NCBI GenBank assembly: GCA_039584325.1 | Contig: JBDGYA010000032.1 | Span: 671-64,670, forward strand | Direction: 5' to 3' | From: Gemmatimonadota bacterium | GTDB lineage: Bacteria > Gemmatimonadota > Gemmatimonadetes > Gemmatimonadales > GWC2-71-9 | Length of the DNA: 64,000 nucleotides | Shown here: positions 58,547 through 64,000 of the stretch, one piece after another | How the letters are laid out: every line of letters begins with the position of its first letter | Numbering within the stretch: the first letter of the stretch is position 1 | Made by a program: the position numbers and the translations under genes | Notes under the pieces: model-generated | Database searches by the model: none | What the model was told of the DNA's origin: nothing | The model's input: the letters and a program-made list of their open reading frames with translations, nothing else

Positions 58547-60666
58547 GACTCGCCTGCCGCGTTGACACTATTGGGTCGGCTCGCGTTGAAGATGCCTTGC
58601 CACACCGTCCGCATGCGCCAGAGCAGTGCGGTGTCGAACCCGGTGTCCGGCACGGTCAGCCCACCCTTCACCACCGCGATCGCGGGCCACGTGCAGTGCA
58701 TCTCGAGCCCGTCGCCCCTGATCGTGGCTTGCGATCCATCCTTCGGCAGCGCCAGCCGCACGGTCCGGCCGTCGAGCCGGGCATGCAGCACGCCACCGTC
58801 CCGGCAGAAGCCGTCGAGCCAGTGACACCGCTCGAAGTCGCCGAGTGTCCCGAACACCCGTTCCTTGACCTCGAACGGAGCACCGTGCTCGGGGCAGTAC
58901 ACCTCACAATTTGAGCATTCGTTGCAGGCACCCTCGAAGACCGCCAACTGGTGCGCCTCTCGCACGACGAATCCGCCGCCCCGCTCCCACACGACACGCT
59001 CGCCCTCCGCACGCGCCAGCTCCGTGACGACGTCCACCGGTTCCACGTCATAGGCGAAGATGGCGTCGTTGGGGCACGCCGCAATGCAGAGATCACAGTT
59101 GATGCAGTCGTACAGAGCCAGCGTGCTCTCGATACGCCGGGGTGCCTTCGCGTTCGCCGAGGCACGATAGCGCGGCTGATCCCGCAGGGCCGCGACGATC
59201 GCACGGCCGTTGAGACGCCCGGCCTGCCACGTTGCCCTGCGCACCAGAGCGTCGGGATCGAATCCTCCCGCCCGGCCGAGCGCTCGCAGCACGTCCGGCA
59301 GCTCGTCTGGCCTCTCGCGGGCGCAAACGTCGAGTCGATCCTGCTCGCGCTCCCAGATGGCAGTACCGCCATCCGCAAACGCCAGCGCCGCCTGCACGGC
59401 ATCCACCCCGTGCCCCCCGAAGGCAAGGACGTACGCTTCCCGACTGGTGACACCGAGGCGCTCCATGTCCCGCGCCAGTGAGCGGACATACGGCGGCAGC
59501 CTCCCGAACCCGCCCTGCCGCAGGAGGTCGGTGCACGTGGTGACGGGCACCATGCCGCAGGCGACGGCGTTCGCGAAGTTCTTTGCGTCGATGCCGGCGG
59601 AGAAGGACACCGGAAACTCGAACCCGAGGTCCTCTCGCAGGTGCTGCATCAGCGTCATCGAGATCACGTGCAATGGTGGCCCCGAGAGGTACATGTACGG
59701 ATCGGTCTGAGTCGGAAAGACGTCGGGCGCGTTCCGCACGACGAGGGTGTTGGTGAATTTCGCTCCCAACGTCTTGCCGCACGCGTCGGCAACGTCCCGC
59801 AGGCGCCGCAAGATCTCCAGGCACGCGTCATAGCGCAGGTCCTGCTCGAACGCGTCCCGCTCGAGAGCGAACTGGTGGTACCCCAGCTCCTCGTGGAGCA
59901 GGTGCCGGACGCGATCGAACCCCAGCAGCGTCGGGTTCAGCTTGATGATCGTGTGCAGCCCCCGGTGTTCCAGTAGGTAGCGGCCGATCGCTTCGATCTG
60001 CTCGGCCGGGCAGCCGTGGAACGTCGAGAGGGTTACGGAGTCGGCAAGCGGCGTTCGCGGCTGTAGCTCTCGGTACTCCGCCAAATCGCCGACGAGCTCG
60101 CGTCGCAAGTCCTCGTACAGCGGCCCGGGATCGCGCAGCGTATCGAGGAATCCAGTGATCTTGGCCGATCGTATGCCCTCGAGGTCGTAGCCAACGCTGA
60201 TGTCGAACACAGTGTCGAACTGGACCGGATCGACATCCTCCATCACGCCAAACACACCCGTCGCCTTGAGGATCTCGATGAGGAACGCGGCCTTCGCGTA
60301 CTCCCTCGCGGATTCCTCGACCAGCAGCTCCTGCGACCACTCCACATTGAGGCCGACGTTGGGTACGTGAATGCAGGGACGCGGAATGGTGAGCCGATCA
60401 TTGACCTGCACGGTCTTGAGCTCGACGATGCGGCCGCCCGCGAGCCACGCCAGCACGATGTTCTGTGCCAGCTGGGTGTGCGGGCCGGCTGCCGGCCCCA
60501 CCGGCGTGGCGGCGCGACGGCCTCCGTGCACCGCTCCGAGGTCCAGGCGGTTGTCGGGAACGAACCACTTCCGGACGGGGAGATCGAAGATCGCCTGGTT
60601 CGCGCCGACTTCCCGCCGCATGCGTCGCACCAGGCTGGCGAACGGAATAGGAATCAGCTCGGCGAT
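58543..60666 (-). CDS. ygfK: YgfK-like oxidoreductase (N-terminal barrel + C-terminal 2x[4Fe-4S]; central NAD(P)H/FAD module absent)
   Basis: GPAAGPHTQLAQN, ELKTVQ, RPCI, NVEWS, TLSTFHGCP, KLNPTLLG and MYLSG motifs; CINCDLC...CP and CNECSNC...CP. Start is either ATC 60666 (with SD) or GTG 60702. Confidence 0.82.
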   Translation of the reverse strand: MAELIPIPFASLVRRMRREVGANQAIFDLPVRKWFVPDNRLDLGAVHGGRRAATPVGPAAGPHTQLAQNIVLAWLAGGRIVELKTVQVNDRLTIPRPCIHVPNVGLNVEWSQELLVEESAREYAKAAFLIEILKATGVFGVMEDVDPVQFDTVFDISVGYDLEGIRSAKITGFLDTLRDPGPLYEDLRRELVGDLAEYRELQPRTPLADSVTLSTFHGCPAEQIEAIGRYLLEHRGLHTIIKLNPTLLGFDRVRHLLHEELGYHQFALERDAFEQDLRYDACLEILRRLRDVADACGKTLGAKFTNTLVVRNAPDVFPTQTDPYMYLSGPPLHVISMTLMQHLREDLGFEFPVSFSAGIDAKNFANAVACGMVPVTTCTDLLRQGGFGRLPPYVRSLARDMERLGVTSREAYVLAFGGHGVDAVQAALAFADGGTAIWEREQDRLDVCARERPDELPDVLRALGRAGGFDPDALVRRATWQAGRLNGRAIVAALRDQPRYRASANAKAPRRIESTLALYDCINCDLCIAACPNDAIFAYDVEPVDVVTELARAEGERVVWERGGGFVVREAHQLAVFEGACNECSNCEVYCPEHGAPFEVKERVFGTLGDFERCHWLDGFCRDGGVLHARLDGRTVRLALPKDGSQATIRGDGLEMHCTWPAIAVVKGGLTVPDTGFDTALLWRMRTVWQGIFNASRPNSVNAAGES

Positions 60667-60703
60667 GGCCCTGCCTCCACAATCGTCCGGAACGCCCGGC
60701 ACA

Positions 60704-63358
60704 TCAGGCAGACCGTCGGCTCTTGGGAAGCGACGAGGCGGCCGCCGCAGCGTCGCTCATGGGTAGGCTGAAGCGGCGCACGCCGTCATACGCGTGCAAT
60801 GCAGCCGCAACGGCACCGGCGGTAGGCACCAGCCCAATCTCGCCGACACCCTTCGCCCCGTACCCGCCGATCTCGTCGGGCACCTCGACGAGGATGACGT
60901 CGATCTGCGGCGTGTCCTTAGCCCGCAGAATGCCGAGGTCGCGGAGCAGGAGGGAATCGGGAACACCGTCCGTGCAAGGGAGCTCCTCCGACAGCGCATA
61001 CCCCAGCCCCATGTGTACCGACCCCTCGATCTGCCCGGCGCACAGCAGCGGATTGATGGCGCGACCCACGTCGTGCGCCGCGACCACCCGCTCGATCCGG
61101 CCGTCCTCACCCACGATCACGACCTGCGTCGCGTAGCCGAAGGTAAGATGCGTCTTCGGATCGTCGGTGTCGGCACCCGGCTTTGTCGTGAAATCGCATA
61201 CGTACTCGCCGTGGTACTCCCGACCGACGAGATCCGCGAGCGGTGCCGTTTTGAGGTCTGCCGCGAGCTTGCGGGCGGCGATCTGCGCGGCCGCCGTGCC
61301 GAGCGCCGTCGCGCGCGACGCCGTCGTCATGCCGCAGAGGACGTCGTCGTGACTGACGGTGCGCACCCGCATGCGTTCGGGATCGATGCCGCTCTCTTCA
61401 CTCACGGTTTGCCGCAGCACCGTAAACAGACCCTGCCCCATTTCGGTGTAGCCGGTTCGAATGTCCAGGGAACCGCCGTCCACAATACGGATCGCGACGC
61501 GACCCGAGTCGTCCTGGCCGTTCCCGATGCCGGTGTTCTTGATCCCGCACGCGATGCCGGCGCGGGTCGCGCTCTTGTAGACGTCCTTCACAGCCTCCAG
61601 GGTCTGCCGGATCCCACAGCTCTCCGTCATGCGCTGGCCCGTGGCGAACCGATCTCCCGGACCCAGGATGTTCCGCTCCCGGATGTCGTAGCCGTCCACG
61701 CCAACGCGCTGCGCCAGCACGTCCATCATGCCCTCGATCGCGAATGCGGCCTGGTTCGCGCCAAAGCCGCGCATCGCACCGCACGGGGGGTTATTCGTGT
61801 ACACGGTGCGCGCCTCGACGTCCACGGTGGGCACGCGATACGGCCCGCAGGAATGACCGGCAGCTCGCTCGAGGACCTTCATCCCCACCGAGGCGTACGC
61901 ACCGGTATCGCCGATGATGCGCGCCCGCACGGCGGTCAGCCGCCCGTCGGCGTCGGCCCCGACGGTGTAGTGCAGCGTAATCGGATGGCGCTTGGGGTGC
62001 AGGCGGATCGACTGCTCACGCGTCAGCACGGTCCGCACCGGACAGCCGAGCACGTGGGCGGCCAGGGCCGTATGCCCCTGGACCGAAAGATCTTCCTTGC
62101 CGCCGAACGCACCACCGTTGGTGACCAACTCCACTTCGATCCGCTCAAGTGCGAGGTTCAGGATGCTCGCAACTTGCTGCCGGTCGTCGTGCACGCCTTG
62201 CCCCTGCGAGTACACCTTCAGCCCCCCGTCTTGGGGCACCGCGAGGCAGGCCTCAGGCTCGAGGAAGGCGTGTTCGACCCGCTGGGTCGTGAAGGTCTGC
62301 TCGATGACATGGGTGGACCCCGCCAGCGCTGCGTCGACGTCTCCCCGGTGAAATGCGCACACGTCGAGCAGGTTGCCAGACTCGTGGACCTGCGGGGCAT
62401 TCGGTTCGAGTCCCCGTTCCGGATCGGTCACCGCTGCCATCACGTCGTACTCCACGCGCACCGCTGCCGCGGCCTGCCGCGCGTGGAACTGGGTGTCCGC
62501 CACGACGAGGGCGAGCACATCGCCGACGCAGCGGGTCGTCTCCCCGACGGCGACGAAGACCGGCCAGTCAGGTACGATGAGTCCGACGAAGCGCTGGCCG
62601 GGTACGTCCTCTGCGGTCAACACGCGCCGCACGCCGAGCAAACCGCTGGCAGCCCGAGTGTCGATCCCAAGGACACGGGCCCGTGGATGCGCGCTCAATA
62701 CGACTGCCGCGTGCAACATCCCATCCACACGCATGTCGCCGATGTACGGCTTGGAGCCCATCGCGTGGTCCGCTCCCCGAAACCGCGCGCTCGAGCTGCC
62801 AATGCCGGTCACGGTACCCTCGGTCGTACGGCAGAGGCCGAACCGCTCACCGAAGAAGTCGTCGTGCGTCGGGTTTGTCGGGACCTCCGCTCCGGTGCGC
62901 CACGCGCGGGCCGCCGTCTGGACCGCATCGACGATACGGCCGTAGCCGGTACAGCGGCACAAATGGCCGTTGAGTGCCTTCCGCACCGCAACAGGGTCGG
63001 CGGCTCTCTCACTGTCGAGCAGTGCGGCGGCGCGCGCGACGATCCCCGGAATGCAGAACCCGCACTGGATACCACCCTCGGCAACGAAAGCCTGCGCGAG
63101 CGCGCGCCGCTTTGCTTCGGGCAGGCCCTCGAGGGTGATGACCTCCTGCCCCTCCATCTGCTCCGGCTTCTTGAGGCAGGCGAGGACCGGCCGCCCGTTC
63201 ATCAGGATCGTGCAGCACCCGCAGTATCCCTGCGGCGCGCACCCATCCTTGGGCGTTACCACGCCGCACGACTCGCGAAGCACTTCGAGGAAGTGCATAC
63301 CCTCCTCGAAGGGCGCGGTGGTGTCCACGCCGTTGAGTGCGAAGGAAACGCTACGCAT
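60704..63358 (-). CDS. xdh: Selenium-dependent xanthine dehydrogenase-type protein (fused 2Fe-2S + Mo subunit)
   Basis: KDGCAPQGYCGCC, QCGFCIPG, HLCRCTGY, HAFLEPE, GGAFGGKED, AMRGFG, TTASR, THLTFGYATQ and GAKGVGEIG motifs; start MRSVSF at 63358. Confidence 0.88.
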   Translation of the reverse strand: MRSVSFALNGVDTTAPFEEGMHFLEVLRESCGVVTPKDGCAPQGYCGCCTILMNGRPVLACLKKPEQMEGQEVITLEGLPEAKRRALAQAFVAEGGIQCGFCIPGIVARAAALLDSERAADPVAVRKALNGHLCRCTGYGRIVDAVQTAARAWRTGAEVPTNPTHDDFFGERFGLCRTTEGTVTGIGSSSARFRGADHAMGSKPYIGDMRVDGMLHAAVVLSAHPRARVLGIDTRAASGLLGVRRVLTAEDVPGQRFVGLIVPDWPVFVAVGETTRCVGDVLALVVADTQFHARQAAAAVRVEYDVMAAVTDPERGLEPNAPQVHESGNLLDVCAFHRGDVDAALAGSTHVIEQTFTTQRVEHAFLEPEACLAVPQDGGLKVYSQGQGVHDDRQQVASILNLALERIEVELVTNGGAFGGKEDLSVQGHTALAAHVLGCPVRTVLTREQSIRLHPKRHPITLHYTVGADADGRLTAVRARIIGDTGAYASVGMKVLERAAGHSCGPYRVPTVDVEARTVYTNNPPCGAMRGFGANQAAFAIEGMMDVLAQRVGVDGYDIRERNILGPGDRFATGQRMTESCGIRQTLEAVKDVYKSATRAGIACGIKNTGIGNGQDDSGRVAIRIVDGGSLDIRTGYTEMGQGLFTVLRQTVSEESGIDPERMRVRTVSHDDVLCGMTTASRATALGTAAAQIAARKLAADLKTAPLADLVGREYHGEYVCDFTTKPGADTDDPKTHLTFGYATQVVIVGEDGRIERVVAAHDVGRAINPLLCAGQIEGSVHMGLGYALSEELPCTDGVPDSLLLRDLGILRAKDTPQIDVILVEVPDEIGGYGAKGVGEIGLVPTAGAVAAALHAYDGVRRFSLPMSDAAAAASSLPKSRRSA

Positions 63359-63903
63359 TATAGATGCGCCCGCCCCGGCGCCGGTAATCCTCGAGCACCT
63401 CGGCCGCCTGATGCTGCAGCACACCGCGCATGACCTCGACCATTCGAGACTCGAGATACCGATAGGACTCCTCGAACACCGGACCTTCGTCGAACCCCAG
63501 TCGGACCGCGTTGTCACGGTGGGCTCCGCAGATGACACGCGTGACCCCGGACCAGAGAATGGCCCCGAGACACATGGCGCAGGGATCGCAGGAGGTAGCC
63601 AGCTCGTGTGCGGGAAGCCCCTCGGCAGCCAGCGAGTACTTGCCGACATGCACCTCCGCCATCATGAGTGCCACCATCTCCGCGTGGAGCGCGGAGTTCT
63701 GATGCGCCACGACAAGATTCATGCCGACGGATACCAGACGTCCCGACTCGCGCTCGAACACGGCTGCGCCGAACGGACCACCCGTTCCGTGCTCCACGTT
63801 CTGTCGCGCCAAGTCGATCGCCACGCGCATGCGATCCTCCCCAGTCGACGAAGGGCGCGACCCAGCTCGGGTAGTGGACGTGCGCTTCAGGAAGCTCTCT
63901 CAT
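63351..63903 (-). CDS. Guanine deaminase-like nucleoside deaminase (CDA fold), frameshifted near 63840
   Basis: GGPF.AAVF, HAE, SCDPCAMC, GFDEGP and IYNA motifs resemble Nitrosomonas NE0047-type guanine deaminase. The N-terminal MRELPEAHVHYPSWVAPFVDW is in a different frame from EDRMRVA. Confidence 0.8.
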
Positions 63904-63951
63904 CCGCGTCTCGGGTTAGAGCGACGGTTGCCAGGCTGGTGCACCCTTCCA

Positions 63952-63979
63952 ACTCTGCCGGAACGGGCGCACTTGTCAA
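63952..63979 (-). promoter_or_regulatory. Putative promoter of the purine-catabolism operon
   Basis: TTGACA (63979-63974) followed after 16 nt by CAGAGT; the -10 match is weak. Confidence 0.35.
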
Positions 63980-64000
63980 TTCGCTCGGGCTCCACCCATA

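Noticed and set aside
60794-63433. 879-aa plus-strand ORF, and other long antisense or overlapping ORFs (e.g. 4189-5853, 12042-13739, 32754-34793)
   Set aside because: They mirror well-supported genes, have no recognisable motifs, and are expected in high-GC DNA where stop codons are rare.
20257-63903. Selenocysteine (UGA) read-through in genes of this window
   Set aside because: No TGA-ending gene showed family similarity continuing in the same frame past the stop. The fasciclin break is a frameshift, not an in-frame UGA. No tRNA-Sec was recognised.

Overview
High-GC bacterial genomic window, most likely from a Gemmatimonadota member (inferred from gene order and protein families; no marker gene here). 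About 1-24 kb is core housekeeping: partial eno, plsC, thiL, nnr, glyA, a thiolase-BioY-hbd-ACAD-Leu dehydrogenase block, thrS, valS, selA, purN and purH. About 24-48 kb is envelope and signalling: a DUF2723 glycosyltransferase, three TonB-dependent receptors, a B12-dependent CarH photoreceptor with a visible operator facing a broken fasciclin gene, a membrane Ser/Thr kinase - SARP/STAND - TonB receptor trio, glnS, tricorn protease and glutaminyl cyclase. About 48.8-64 kb holds two convergent purine-catabolism units: a three-subunit xanthine dehydrogenase-family enzyme, and a variant of the selenium-linked xdh-ygfK-ssnA-ygeY-ygeW cluster with a shortened YgfK and two unassigned PLP enzymes. 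The best candidates for undescribed systems are (i) the kinase-STAND-TonB receptor module, (ii) Bacteroidota-like envelope protein maturation (D-S/T glycosylation sequons with DUF2723; Gln at +1 with a lipoprotein glutaminyl cyclase), and (iii) the variant purine-reduction cluster. No rRNA, tRNA, CRISPR array or transposase was recognised. All calls come from reading motifs by eye; no database searches were run.
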